From Candidatus Altiarchaeales archaeon (GTDB lineage: Archaea; Altiarchaeota; Altiarchaeia; IMC4; SCGC-AAA252-I15), in the NCBI GenBank assembly GCA_014727915.1, contig WJMO01000005.1, positions 160,001-224,000 of the forward strand: a stretch of DNA of 64,000 nucleotides, read 5' to 3'. The translations under genes and the position numbers were made by a program. This document shows, in pieces, positions 1 to 10,928 of this stretch; the first letter of the stretch is position 1; the number at the start of each line of letters is the position of its first letter. The notes under the pieces are model-generated. The model had not been told where the DNA came from and made no database searches. It worked only from the letters and a program-made list of their open reading frames with translations.

Positions 1-900
1 CCTGAAACGTTTTTTTCCGATATCCGGGGCGGCGCCCAGCGGCTCCCGAACGGGAACACCCTAGTAACAGAGTCTGAGAAGGGCCACGTGTTCGAGATAG
101 ACGAGGAAGGCGAGGTAGTATGGGACTTCTGGAACCCAAAGCTTAAGGACCAGAACACCAGGAGGAACTCCATATACCGCATGTCACGGCTGACCTCAAC
201 AGAGGCGGATGTCACCTCCAGGGTGTGGGGTTCCCCGTACGAGGCCCTATCCTTCTGCGCCCGGATAGCCCAGGAGAAGTGGAGGGTCGAATGCTTTGGG
301 AACGCGCAGGTGATATTCTCTGAGTTCTCGGCGGCCGGCTCGGTCTGTGATGCGACCTCCAACTCGACACTGGCGGACATCTGCAACCGTGCGATGCTCA
401 TCGCCCGAACAGACCCCCTACTATGCTATGAGCTGGATGAGAGGGTTGAAAGGGCCGAATGCTTGGCCAAGGATGCGGTGATATTGGAAGATCCGACGGT
501 CTGCTATGAGATATCCAGGGAAGAGGAGAGGGGCTTGTGCCTCTATCGTATTGCGGCCAAAACCGCCGACCCATCACAGTGCGGGCTTATAGGGCAGAAG
601 GAACGGAGGGACGACTGCCTACGCACCATAGCAACTTCGACGTTGAACGCCTCGCTCTGCATCGGACTTGATGGGGTCAGAGACCTCGACACATGCTACG
701 GGACCATCGCAGTAGAGCTGAACGAATCCCGTTCCTGCGCGCGGATACCGACGGAATTCAAGAGGGACAGGTGCTACAAGGAAGTCGCAAAAAACCTGAA
801 CGACCTCGCCATATGCTCGGCCATAGTCTCCGACTCCGTCAGGGAATCCTGCCAGTCGATAATCTGCAAAAGAGACGATAATACAAGCCCTGAGTGTTGA
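1..900 (+). CDS. Arylsulfotransferase-like beta-propeller protein with C-terminal Cys-rich repeats (5'-truncated by window)
   Basis: Frame 1 is open from base 1: PETFFSDIRGGAQRLPNGNTLVTESEKGHVFEIDEEGEVVWDFWNP, a typical ASST blade motif. It is followed by about 7 repeats of C-x-x-I-x(5)-R-x-x-C. Confidence 0.7.
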   Translation, partial: PETFFSDIRGGAQRLPNGNTLVTESEKGHVFEIDEEGEVVWDFWNPKLKDQNTRRNSIYRMSRLTSTEADVTSRVWGSPYEALSFCARIAQEKWRVECFGNAQVIFSEFSAAGSVCDATSNSTLADICNRAMLIARTDPLLCYELDERVERAECLAKDAVILEDPTVCYEISREEERGLCLYRIAAKTADPSQCGLIGQKERRDDCLRTIATSTLNASLCIGLDGVRDLDTCYGTIAVELNESRSCARIPTEFKRDRCYKEVAKNLNDLAICSAIVSDSVRESCQSIICKRDDNTSPEC

Positions 901-1028
901 GTGTTGTTAGAATATATTCTTTTATCTGATGTTTGCCTCCAACCTCTTAAAATAAGGAATAAGGGTTCAAGGCGCTGCCGGATTCCCTGCTGAACCTAAC
1001 CGAGGCAGGCAGACTAGGGGGTGGTGGA

Positions 1029-3098
1029 TTATCCTGGCTTCCTCACCCTGTACCCTAAGGCGCCCTCCGCCTTTTCGACGCGTGTGCCGTGCTTTCTCTC
1101 GAATTCATCCAGTATCCTCTGCGTCTCCTTCTGCGGTAGATTATGCACGGCTGGAACCCTAGTCCAGTATAGCGTCCCCCCAGGCTTCAAAAGCCCATAG
1201 CTTTCCTCCAATCCGACGTCAAATGCCCCTGAATACTGTCCGAAACTCTCCGTGGCAATAACCATGTGGAAGCTCTCCGGGCCAAACCTCCTGTTCAGCC
1301 TCTCCCAGGGGACAATATCAACGTCCTGCGACTCCGAATGCACATCCTTCCTTGTTATCCCCGACACAGACAAATCGATTCTCGCCTCGTCAGGGTGCTG
1401 TCTGAAGTGCTCATTCACCTCCGTTGCGAACCTTGTGCCCCCGCTGGTGTCAAGAATCCTAACATCCTCATGGGGGAACCTCGTCTGGTGCTCCCTAATC
1501 TCCTCCAGGAAATCCACGCCGTGTAGCTCATTGTACCCTTCAAAGTATTCATCTCCCGTCCCGTGCCCGCTTATACCCCTTTCAGTCTCATAGTCCGCGA
1601 TGAACATCTCCCTATTGACTCTTCTCATATGCCTAATCTGTTCTGCCAGAATTTTCCTCCTCTCAGGGCTTAGCCGTTCAACAGGGTCGAGAAACCTCAA
1701 CCCATTGAAGTTAGACAGGAGTACCGTGGGCTTGCCGTCAGCACCCCTCCTGATCTCCCCTCCGTCAGCCAATAGGAGGTACCGGTCTGAGATGTTGGTC
1801 ATAAGCCCAATCCCGGCAGCAGCAAGCCTACCTGAATGTTCTTCCACAATCCGTTCATGCTCTTCCGCGTCTATCTTGCCAGAGGCCAGAGCCTTTCTGG
1901 CGTCAATGCAGTCCGCATGCCTCCACAATGTGTAGTATACCCTGTCCCTCTTCAGCGCAGGATCTCCGTCCGGGTTCCTAAGGTGGTGTAGCCAGTCATA
2001 TTTTTTATCATCCCTGAGTTCGGGCGCAAGCTGCGTCCTACCCTCCACCTCCACGACTGCGAGCTGCTCGATTGTGCCAAAGCCGATATCCCTCAGTCTC
2101 CTGCACACAGACATGACCTCATATGGGCTGTTATATCCGATTTCAGGATTTGGAGAGTCCTTATCCAGTTTCCCGGTTTCCATCCTCTCCCCGACGTGGG
2201 ACCTCTTGTAGACTATGTTGTGGCCGTCCTTTGTCGTGGTCCTATACACGTCCCCGTGTAGTGATAGTCTCGTCCTGTCCTGGTCACACCACCTGTTCGG
2301 CATGAGGTCGTGGACTGGTATCCCGCAGTCTCGGACAACCCATAGCTCGGTCACCCCCCCGGCTTCGGGCTGTCTGAACTTCCGCCAGTGATAGGGCACC
2401 TCAAGCAACTGACTATCCGCGGCTTTTGGCTTGTCAATGACGTATGCATCCCCCCACGTATGCCTGACGGACACCCCATGTTTATCCTCAAATCCTTCCA
2501 GTATTTCCGTCAAGTTTGTCTGACCCCTCTTTGGCGTTCCCTGGAAGAATATCCTGCCTCCGGGGATGGTAACCCTGTACATCTCATCGAGGAACAGGTC
2601 AAGCCTTTTCCCATGCCTTGTCGCAGCCTCAGTGGAAACCACGAAATGGAATGATTCGCTGTCGAAGTCGAGCCTGTGCGCGGGCATCACATGGGAAAAT
2701 CCCTTAGGCAGCATAGTCTCCCTTCTTGTGACGTTTGTGCCGTGCATCTCCATTGTCTGCATATCCGGGCGGTCTCTCGAGAACCGTATAAGCTGTGCTG
2801 CAGCGACCCCCCTGCCACAGCCTATGTCCAATCCCCTCAGCGTCTCTCCTGGGAAATCATTTTGCAGTTCACGGACGACATCCCTGAATTGGACTCTGTG
2901 GAGTTCGTTGTATCCTTCGGTGTAGTAATCGCCCCGTCCCCTGCTGTCCAGGCCCCTGTCGATGACGTATTCATACTTCACATCCCCAGCTGAATCGGTC
3001 CTCCGATTGGCCTTAAGCTCTTCAGAAAGCCTCAGGCCGTCCTCTTCAGAAAGCGGAACCCTGGGCTGCTTCGACCTTCTGACTATGGGCTCAGCCAT
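1029..3098 (-). CDS. Tandem class I SAM methyltransferase domains flanking a degenerate kinase-like domain
   Basis: Motif I LDIGCGRG and a duplicated copy ILDTSGGT. Both domains share EGYNELH and ESFH(F/M)V. Start placed at MAEPI (3098). Confidence 0.7.
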   Translation of the reverse strand: MAEPIVRRSKQPRVPLSEEDGLRLSEELKANRRTDSAGDVKYEYVIDRGLDSRGRGDYYTEGYNELHRVQFRDVVRELQNDFPGETLRGLDIGCGRGVAAAQLIRFSRDRPDMQTMEMHGTNVTRRETMLPKGFSHVMPAHRLDFDSESFHFVVSTEAATRHGKRLDLFLDEMYRVTIPGGRIFFQGTPKRGQTNLTEILEGFEDKHGVSVRHTWGDAYVIDKPKAADSQLLEVPYHWRKFRQPEAGGVTELWVVRDCGIPVHDLMPNRWCDQDRTRLSLHGDVYRTTTKDGHNIVYKRSHVGERMETGKLDKDSPNPEIGYNSPYEVMSVCRRLRDIGFGTIEQLAVVEVEGRTQLAPELRDDKKYDWLHHLRNPDGDPALKRDRVYYTLWRHADCIDARKALASGKIDAEEHERIVEEHSGRLAAAGIGLMTNISDRYLLLADGGEIRRGADGKPTVLLSNFNGLRFLDPVERLSPERRKILAEQIRHMRRVNREMFIADYETERGISGHGTGDEYFEGYNELHGVDFLEEIREHQTRFPHEDVRILDTSGGTRFATEVNEHFRQHPDEARIDLSVSGITRKDVHSESQDVDIVPWERLNRRFGPESFHMVIATESFGQYSGAFDVGLEESYGLLKPGGTLYWTRVPAVHNLPQKETQRILDEFERKHGTRVEKAEGALGYRVRKPG

Positions 3099-3188
3099 AT
3101 AATATATCTGGAAACGGTGATTAAAGAAGAATCCAACCATGCGCTGGAGAGCCCACCCACTCTTTAAGCGTGCGGGAATAATATGTAA

Positions 3189-4256
<1,068 letters not shown>

Positions 4257-4322
4257 AGCTTTATTTACCAGTTCTACGAATAATTAAACGGTGGGCTTGG
4301 GGTATTTTGTCGGGAGGCGACA

Positions 4323-4934
4323 ATGCTCAGCCAAGCAGGTGAAGAACTGAAGTTTCTGTTGGACCGGGGATACAACAGAGAATCGGCCCTCCGATTCGTC
4401 TCAAACCACTATGAACTGCCTAAAAAGGCCCGTAACCGTATTTTAAGGGAGATATTCTCCGAGGCTGAGATACAGGAGACCGCGTCTAAGCTATATCCGA
4501 TAAATTCCATATCCGGCAATCAGATGGTCGTGGACGGTTTCAACGTGCTGATAACCGTCGAGGAGGGCATGTGTGGCGGGGATGTTTTCAGGTGCCATGA
4601 CGGGCTTCTGAGAGATAATGCCATGGCTTTCAGCAACTATCGCATATCCAGCGACACTAACAGGGCTGCTGATGCTGTGTTGGCTGTGCTGTCGGAGCAC
4701 CAGCCCAAACACGTCACGTGGGTTTTTGACAGCCAGATATCTGGCAGTGGGAGACTCGCGGAATATGTGCGCAGGGGAATGCTGGATTCGGGTATTAGGG
4801 GCGAGTCCATGACCTCCCCCAAGGCGGACGGTCACATAATGAAGATGAACCTGCTGACTGGAACCTCTGATTCCGCCCTTATCAGGCGTTTGAACTATGT
4901 GGTAGACATACCCTCTGCGGTAGTCGATTTATAA
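4323..4934 (+). CDS. DUF434 domain protein (PIN-like)
   Basis: LKFLLDRGYNRESALRFVSNHY, VDGFNVLITVE, DGLLRD, FDSQISGSG. Confidence 0.85.
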   Translation: MLSQAGEELKFLLDRGYNRESALRFVSNHYELPKKARNRILREIFSEAEIQETASKLYPINSISGNQMVVDGFNVLITVEEGMCGGDVFRCHDGLLRDNAMAFSNYRISSDTNRAADAVLAVLSEHQPKHVTWVFDSQISGSGRLAEYVRRGMLDSGIRGESMTSPKADGHIMKMNLLTGTSDSALIRRLNYVVDIPSAVVDL

Positions 4935-4975
4935 TTGATACTTGCGAATTAGTTATTCTAACATCATTTTTTTGG

Positions 4976-6046
4976 GTGATTGTGTTGGCTAAGAGGCTTT
5001 TCATACCAGGACCTGTTGACGTTTCAGAGGATGTGGCTGCTAAGATGGCGGAGCCCATGGTCGGTCACCGTAGCAGGGAATACGCTGAACTCCATGGGAG
5101 CTGCGTCAAAGGGCTGAAGAAGATATTGATGACCGATAATAACGTTTTCATCGGCCCTATGTCCGCTTCTGGTTGGATGGAGGCTGCGGTGCGCAACTGC
5201 GTATCCAAGAAGGCATTGCATGTGGTTAACGGGGCTTTCAGCAGCAGGTGGTATAAGATATCTAAGGCTAACGGCAAGCCTGCCGAGGCTGTGGAGGTAA
5301 AATGGGGCAGCGCAGGCAAACCCGAGGATGTGGGGGACAAACTTGGCTCGGGAGAATATGATGCGTTGTTCGTGACGCACAATGAGACTTCTACGGGAGC
5401 TATGACTCCCCTGGAGGGGTTCGGGAAAATCTGCGCCGACAACGATGTCATATTCTGCGTAGACGCGGTCTCTAGCGCTTCGGGCGTTAAGATAGAGACT
5501 GACAAACTGGGCATCGACGTCCTTGTCACCGGGACTCAGAAGTGCTTCGCAGTCGCTCCTGGCCTGGCCATGACCGCAGTCAGCGAGAGGGCTTTGAAGC
5601 GTTCTGAGGCCGTTGACAACAGGGGCTTGTACTTCGACTACCAGGATTTCCTGAAGAAGGCGGAGAAGGACAACACCCCCAGCACTCCTCCCATACCTCA
5701 GATAAGGGCTTTGGACTACCAGTGCCAGAAGATAATCAAGGAGGGTTTGGAGGCCAGGTTCAAACGCCACGCTGACATGGCTGAGCACGTGCAGTCGTGG
5801 GTTAGGGACAACTGGGAGCTTTTCTGTGAGGACTGGTGCCTTTCAACCACGGTCACCTGCGCCAGGAACACCCGAGGATACGACCTCGCGGAGTTGGGCA
5901 AGAGGCTGGGTGAACGGGGCTATCAGTTCAGCAACGGATATGGAAAGCTTAAAGGCGAAGCCTTCAGGATAGCTCACATGGGAGACCGTCAGATGCCCGA
6001 GTTGAAGGAATACCTTGAGGACATAGAGGATATTGTCGGCATCTAA
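4976..6046 (+). CDS. Class V PLP aminotransferase (alanine-glyoxylate/serine-pyruvate type)
   Basis: LFIPGPV, THNETSTG, VDAVSS, TGTQKC (PLP Lys), FRIAHMG. Confidence 0.92.
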   Translation: MIVLAKRLFIPGPVDVSEDVAAKMAEPMVGHRSREYAELHGSCVKGLKKILMTDNNVFIGPMSASGWMEAAVRNCVSKKALHVVNGAFSSRWYKISKANGKPAEAVEVKWGSAGKPEDVGDKLGSGEYDALFVTHNETSTGAMTPLEGFGKICADNDVIFCVDAVSSASGVKIETDKLGIDVLVTGTQKCFAVAPGLAMTAVSERALKRSEAVDNRGLYFDYQDFLKKAEKDNTPSTPPIPQIRALDYQCQKIIKEGLEARFKRHADMAEHVQSWVRDNWELFCEDWCLSTTVTCARNTRGYDLAELGKRLGERGYQFSNGYGKLKGEAFRIAHMGDRQMPELKEYLEDIEDIVGI

Positions 6047-6076
6047 TGGTTTATGAGAGGGGGTGGGCGGCTCGAC

Positions 6077-6493
6077 CTATCTCCTGGTCTTCCTCGACTT
6101 CGGCAATATGTTCTTGACCCTGCCGTCTTCCAAGAGGCCGGGGCCGACAACCAGGTCCCTAGTCTTCAATATGGTGAAACCCCCGCCCAAATGGCCTTCG
6201 AGGTCTTCTCCACCGTAGTATCTGTCCGCTTCCGCTTTTTTTATCACCAGAACATTTTCGGATGCGGTAATGCCTAACCGTTGTGCTCCTTCGATGGTCA
6301 GGGACAGGTCTGCGTTGGCTAGGTGCAGGCCCATCCAGTATGTGTTAAGGTCCGTGTCTGGGCCCGTATACTCGAAAAGCTTATCCTTCTTGATGGTCAG
6401 CGTTCCACGAGGCTGATATGATGATCCATAGTGGCTGTTCAAACGTTCTAAAAGATCCATTGGCTTATCCGCCTTGCCGCGTCCTTCATCCAC
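6077..6493 (-). CDS. NIP7/RsmF C-terminal (PUA-like) protein, partner of the upstream m5C methyltransferase
   Basis: GLHL...LTIEGAQRLG...ENV...GEDL...KNILPKSR. Overlaps the NOP2-type gene in an operon. Confidence 0.7.
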   Translation of the reverse strand: MDEGRGKADKPMDLLERLNSHYGSSYQPRGTLTIKKDKLFEYTGPDTDLNTYWMGLHLANADLSLTIEGAQRLGITASENVLVIKKAEADRYYGGEDLEGHLGGGFTILKTRDLVVGPGLLEDGRVKNILPKSRKTRR

Positions 6494-7376
6494 TTTTCCT
6501 CACCTCCGCTATGAAATGGGGGTCTGTGTCGTTGTCATGCGGGTGTATCCTGGCGCATTTCCATGTATTTTCGGTGAGTCCTCTCCGGACTTTCAACCCC
6601 CCTAAATCGACCTTAAAAAGCTCAGCCCCCTCTCTTTCGTCCAGCAGGTGTTCGATCACGTCCTCGTTCTCCTCCTTGGTCGTCGTGCAGGTGCTATAGA
6701 CCATTCTGCCTCCTTCGCAGAGGCTGTCGTAGGCCGACACTACCATCTTCTTCTGCACGGTCGTAAGCTGTTTGACCCATTTTAGGCTCCATTTGCGCAG
6801 CACTTCATGGCTCTGCCTGAGCGTGCCCACGCTGGAGCAGGGAGCGTCAACGAGTATCCTGTCAAAATTCAAACCCAGCTTGTCTATCCTGCACCCGTCC
6901 TCCTTCAAGACGGCCGCGTTGGAGGCGCCGCACCGTTGTATGTTGTACACAAGTCCCCTAAGCCTCGCAGGGCTGTTGTCGTTCGCAACCAGTAGTCCCC
7001 TGTTCTCCATCACCTGGGCTAAGTGGGTTGTCTTGCCTCCCGGTGCTGCGCAGAGGTCCAGTACCCTATCTCCGGGCCCTAAGACGAGGGGTGCGATGAA
7101 CGAGGAGGCGTTCTGTATGTAGTATAGTCCCAGCTGGTGTTCCATAAGGTCCAAGTCGTCCGTTCCCACCCAGAGGCCGTCATTGCACCAGCTGACCTTC
7201 CCGTATTCGATGTTCCTCTCCCCTAGGAGGCGCTTAACCTCTCGCATGCTGGATTTAAGAGTGTTAACTCGGATGGAGTATCGGCTTTGAGGTCTGGTGA
7301 AGTAGTCCATGTAGTCATCATACTCTCCCCCCAGAAGGTCCTGGTGGTATCTCCTGAATTCAGCAGGTACTCTCAT
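6486..7376 (-). CDS. RsmB/NOP2/NSUN RNA cytosine-C5 methyltransferase
   Basis: IRVNTLK, YYIQNASS, VLDLCAAPGGKTT, ILVDAPCS, YSTCT...EENEDV. Confidence 0.95.
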   Translation of the reverse strand: MRVPAEFRRYHQDLLGGEYDDYMDYFTRPQSRYSIRVNTLKSSMREVKRLLGERNIEYGKVSWCNDGLWVGTDDLDLMEHQLGLYYIQNASSFIAPLVLGPGDRVLDLCAAPGGKTTHLAQVMENRGLLVANDNSPARLRGLVYNIQRCGASNAAVLKEDGCRIDKLGLNFDRILVDAPCSSVGTLRQSHEVLRKWSLKWVKQLTTVQKKMVVSAYDSLCEGGRMVYSTCTTTKEENEDVIEHLLDEREGAELFKVDLGGLKVRRGLTENTWKCARIHPHDNDTDPHFIAEVRKSG

Positions 7377-7440
7377 TCCCCCTCACCTCCTTCCCCCCAG
7401 TGCATGTCCTAGTATCCTCCCTCTCAATCCCCCTCATAGC

Positions 7441-8283
7441 TCATTTCTCCTCTCCCTTCCATAGTTCCTTCCTCCTCATCTCCAGGAGATTCTCCTCGAC
7501 CCCCCGGTACTCTGCTGCCGACCTGGCTTTCCCGGTTTCGTACACTTCCTTGAATCTCTCCCGGTGCTTGAGGTCCCGGAGCAGGTGGTGTTCGAGTATC
7601 ACCTCGCAACCTGTCTCTTCTATAATCCGCAGCATGTTGGCTTTCGCCCTTTCCATGTTGGCCGCGCTGAACTTGTATCCGAGGAAGTATGTTGGCGGTC
7701 CGTCCATTATCAGAAGCCGGGGTTTCGCCTCTATTATCCACTCGGTCGCTTCCTCGTCGACGGGGCCTTGAACGTCCGACCCGTAGACGACCACGTCATC
7801 CTCATGCTGCAGCCTGCACATGAGCACGTATCCGAGGCGTATGCCCGGCGGCCCATGCGGCACCGGGGGGCTGAAATCTATCTGTAAGTCTTTGAACTCG
7901 AATGACCTTCCGTCGGCGTATCGGAGGTCGCACGATCCTGGCAGTTGTTCCTTGAAATATCCGCCCCTCTTCTGCTGGCTCTTGTTGATGTCCCTGCCAG
8001 TGTCCTTTGCTAGAACGACCTTGTCCTTGTAGAACGTCTCTCCCGGGTCGTGGTGGTCGTAGTGGTAGTGTGTCACTATGAGGATGTCAGAGTCCCTGGC
8101 CTCCTCACGTATCCTCTTCTTAGCCTCTGCGAGGGCCTGAAGCTCCAGTTTATGGGGTGGTAGCCCGTACCTTGTCGGTCCCAGAGCCGCGCTGGGGTCT
8201 ATGAAAACCTTCAGGTCACTGCGCACAACCGTCGCCATGCTCCGGACCCCAAGGCTCTCAAACGCTACTGGCACGACTTCCAT
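7441..8283 (-). CDS. MBL-fold metallohydrolase (UPF0282 family)
   Basis: AFESLGVRSMAT, IDPSAALGPTRYGLPP, THYHYDHH, SDVQGP, EHHLLRD. Confidence 0.88.
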   Translation of the reverse strand: MEVVPVAFESLGVRSMATVVRSDLKVFIDPSAALGPTRYGLPPHKLELQALAEAKKRIREEARDSDILIVTHYHYDHHDPGETFYKDKVVLAKDTGRDINKSQQKRGGYFKEQLPGSCDLRYADGRSFEFKDLQIDFSPPVPHGPPGIRLGYVLMCRLQHEDDVVVYGSDVQGPVDEEATEWIIEAKPRLLIMDGPPTYFLGYKFSAANMERAKANMLRIIEETGCEVILEHHLLRDLKHRERFKEVYETGKARSAAEYRGVEENLLEMRRKELWKGEEK

Positions 8284-8298
8284 CTTTGATATTATTGT

Positions 8299-8862
8299 TT
8301 ACCCAATTAAAGCGTTGATTGCAGCGCACACGGCACAGCCCATCTTGTTCCCCCCGGCGTATACTGTCCTCACAGCCACTAGACGGTTCCCTTCGTTGTG
8401 TTTACCGGTGTTGTAGATGTGTTGTAACAGAGGGGCTATCCCTGACACGACCCTGCTGTAGTGCCTAACGGTTGGTGGTGGGTTCTCCCCGATGAATATG
8501 GAACCTTTCGGGGGCTTCGGGTGCATTAACGCGATGTTCAACGGCATGTCCTCTGGTATCCGGTCCATAAGTGGCATGTATTCTGCAGGCTCGTACTTCC
8601 ACTTGACCCCCTCGATTATATCGCATAGTTGCAGTGTAGCGTATGCGACGTTCAATATGTCCTCGAAGTCTATTAACTCTCTCAGCCGTTCCCTGTGGAT
8701 TTTGCATTCTTCAACGGTGTTCAATTCCACATTCGCGTATCTCTCTGGCAGGGGCAGTGGTGATGGCCTTACCTTAGATGTCCCTGCCTCCTCGGCGAGG
8801 CGTATCTTGGTGTTAGAGCGGCTGAAGAGCTTCTTAACACCTTTTACCGCGTATCTGTTCAT
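8299..8862 (-). CDS. Hypothetical protein (weak CbiC/CobH-like C-terminus)
   Basis: 187-aa ORF filling the gap, divergent from infB. Ends GGNKMGCAVCAAINAL. Confidence 0.6.
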   Translation of the reverse strand: MNRYAVKGVKKLFSRSNTKIRLAEEAGTSKVRPSPLPLPERYANVELNTVEECKIHRERLRELIDFEDILNVAYATLQLCDIIEGVKWKYEPAEYMPLMDRIPEDMPLNIALMHPKPPKGSIFIGENPPPTVRHYSRVVSGIAPLLQHIYNTGKHNEGNRLVAVRTVYAGGNKMGCAVCAAINALIG

Positions 8863-8901
8863 GTGTTAGTCTTTTTACTCTGTCCTGCCTTATATTTTGC
8901 T

Positions 8902-10638
8902 ATGTCCAGGGATGGCGCTGATCATACGAGGGAGCCTATCATAAGCGTTTTGGGCCATGTGGACCACGGCAAGACCACCATATTGGACAGCATAAGGGAG
9001 AGTGTCGTCGCCTCACGAGAGGCTGGCGGGATAACTCAGCATATCGGCGCCACTGACGTTCCCTTCGAGGTCATTGAAGAGTACTGTGGCGGCATGCTGG
9101 ACAAGTCCAGGATAAGGATGCCCATAAGGGGCCTTTTGTTCGTGGACACGCCCGGCCACGAGGCTTTCACGAACCTAAGGCGGAGGGGAGGCAGCGTGGC
9201 CGACCTGGCAGTGCTTGTCGTAGACGTCAACGAGGGCTTGAAGCCGCAGACCGAAGAGTCCATCGAGATACTCAAACAGTATAAGACGCCGTTTGTGGTC
9301 GCCGCCAACAAGGTCGATCTCATACACGGATGGCAGGATGGCGTGAAGCCCAAGGATCAGCTGCCCCACGTTCAGTCGGAGTTCAACGACAAGGCCTACA
9401 AGCTCATAGGCGACCTTAGCATGCGCGGATTCGACTGCGACTTCTTCCAGAACATAAAGGACTTCAGCAAGTCTGTGGCGGTGATACCCGTGTCTGCCAA
9501 GACTGGCGAGGGCATAAAGGAGCTTCTGCTGGTGCTGATAGGGTTGGCGCAGACCTACCTGTCCGAGAAGCTTGCCGTCGGGTTGGAATCTCCCGCCAAG
9601 GGGACGATACTCGAGGTCAAGGAGACCAAGGGGTTGGGCACCACATTGGACGCGATCATCTATGATGGAACTATCCGGGTCAATGACTCGATCGTCGTGG
9701 GTGCCCGGGAGCCCATTGTCACCAGGGTGAAGGCGCTTTTGAGGCCTCGGGCCTTGGATGAGATGAGGGATCCTAAGAAGCAGTTCAAGCAGGTGCGGAG
9801 CGTCTACGCCGCATCTGGGGTGAAGATAGTGGCTCCTAACCTGGAGTCCGCCATGCCAGGCGCCCCAGTCTACGTGGGCGGTGAGGAACTGGTCGAGGCG
9901 GTTAAGTCGGAGATCGGGGAGGTCGAGTTCACCCGAGATGATATCGGCGTCATAGTAAGGGCTGACACGCTCGGTTCCCTGGAGGCCATGGTGAGGATAC
10001 TAGAGGCTGCGGAAATACCGGTCAAGAAGGGTTCTATCGGCAAGGTAAACAAGCAGGATGTGGTGGAGGCCGGTGCGGTCTCCAAGGAAAACCTCTACTA
10101 TGGCCTGATAATGGCGTTCAACACACCGGTGCTTGCCGACGCCGAGACATTGGCACAGGACACCAACATACCCATCATCGGGAGCAGCATCATATACAAG
10201 ATACTGGAGGACTACAACGAGTGGGTTGCAAAGACCAAGGAAATTGAGCGGATGGAACTGGCTAAATGCGTCGCTTCACCCTGCAAGTTCAAGATACTCC
10301 CTAATCACACCTTCCGCCAGAGCAAGCCTGCCATCGTGGGCGTTGAGGTGTTAGCAGGGAAGCTGCACTCCGGGTGCAGGCTCATAGGAGAGGACGGGAA
10401 GGTCATGGGAAGGGTTAGAGGCATTCAATCTGGCGGGGAGAACGTGGCAGAGGCTAAGTCCGGGGAGCAGGTGGCGGTCTCCATAGACGATGTCGTAGTC
10501 GGCAAGCACCTGTCCGAGGAGGACGTGGTCTACACCTTCCTGAGCAACCAGGACCGCGACAAGCTCATAGTAGACGACCTCACCGACGAGGAAAAGGATG
10601 TTTTAAGGGAGCTTAAGCAAATAAAGAAGCGCAGATGA
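8902..10638 (+). CDS. infB: Translation initiation factor aIF5B/IF-2
   Basis: GHVDHGKTT, EAGGITQHIGAT, DTPGHEAF, NKVD, ADTLGSLEA. Start placed at MSRDG. Confidence 0.97.
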   Translation: MSRDGADHTREPIISVLGHVDHGKTTILDSIRESVVASREAGGITQHIGATDVPFEVIEEYCGGMLDKSRIRMPIRGLLFVDTPGHEAFTNLRRRGGSVADLAVLVVDVNEGLKPQTEESIEILKQYKTPFVVAANKVDLIHGWQDGVKPKDQLPHVQSEFNDKAYKLIGDLSMRGFDCDFFQNIKDFSKSVAVIPVSAKTGEGIKELLLVLIGLAQTYLSEKLAVGLESPAKGTILEVKETKGLGTTLDAIIYDGTIRVNDSIVVGAREPIVTRVKALLRPRALDEMRDPKKQFKQVRSVYAASGVKIVAPNLESAMPGAPVYVGGEELVEAVKSEIGEVEFTRDDIGVIVRADTLGSLEAMVRILEAAEIPVKKGSIGKVNKQDVVEAGAVSKENLYYGLIMAFNTPVLADAETLAQDTNIPIIGSSIIYKILEDYNEWVAKTKEIERMELAKCVASPCKFKILPNHTFRQSKPAIVGVEVLAGKLHSGCRLIGEDGKVMGRVRGIQSGGENVAEAKSGEQVAVSIDDVVVGKHLSEEDVVYTFLSNQDRDKLIVDDLTDEEKDVLRELKQIKKRR

Positions 10639-10895
10639 CCGATTACGACCTCGAACTTTCCAGGGTGGTGGATGAAGTCCTCAGGGAAGGCGCTAAAAGG
10701 GTGGGCTTGCAGTTCCCAGAGGGTTTGAAGGATCAGGCGGTGGATGTTGCTAGGGAGATACGGTCGAAGACCGGCGCGGAGGTTATAGTCCTATCAGACC
10801 CAACATATGGCGCCTGCGACCTGAAGGAAAGTCAGACCGAGAAGCTTGGCTTGGACCTTCTAGTCCACTATGGTCATACGGAATATTCGAAGTAG
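10635..10895 (+). CDS. dph2: Diphthamide synthesis Dph2 N-terminal domain only (split Dph2)
   Basis: RVGLQFPEGLK, PTYGACD, LLVHYGH. Only 86 aa, with a clean stop. Confidence 0.8.
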   Translation: MTDYDLELSRVVDEVLREGAKRVGLQFPEGLKDQAVDVAREIRSKTGAEVIVLSDPTYGACDLKESQTEKLGLDLLVHYGHTEYSK

Positions 10896-10928
10896 CGGCC
10901 CTTTAAACCACCCTTCTCGCATCCACGT

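Noticed and set aside
961-1028. Possible tRNA fragment or sRNA (GGTTCA...TGAACC stem)
   Set aside because: No cloverleaf or T-loop consensus; at most a hairpin between convergent genes.
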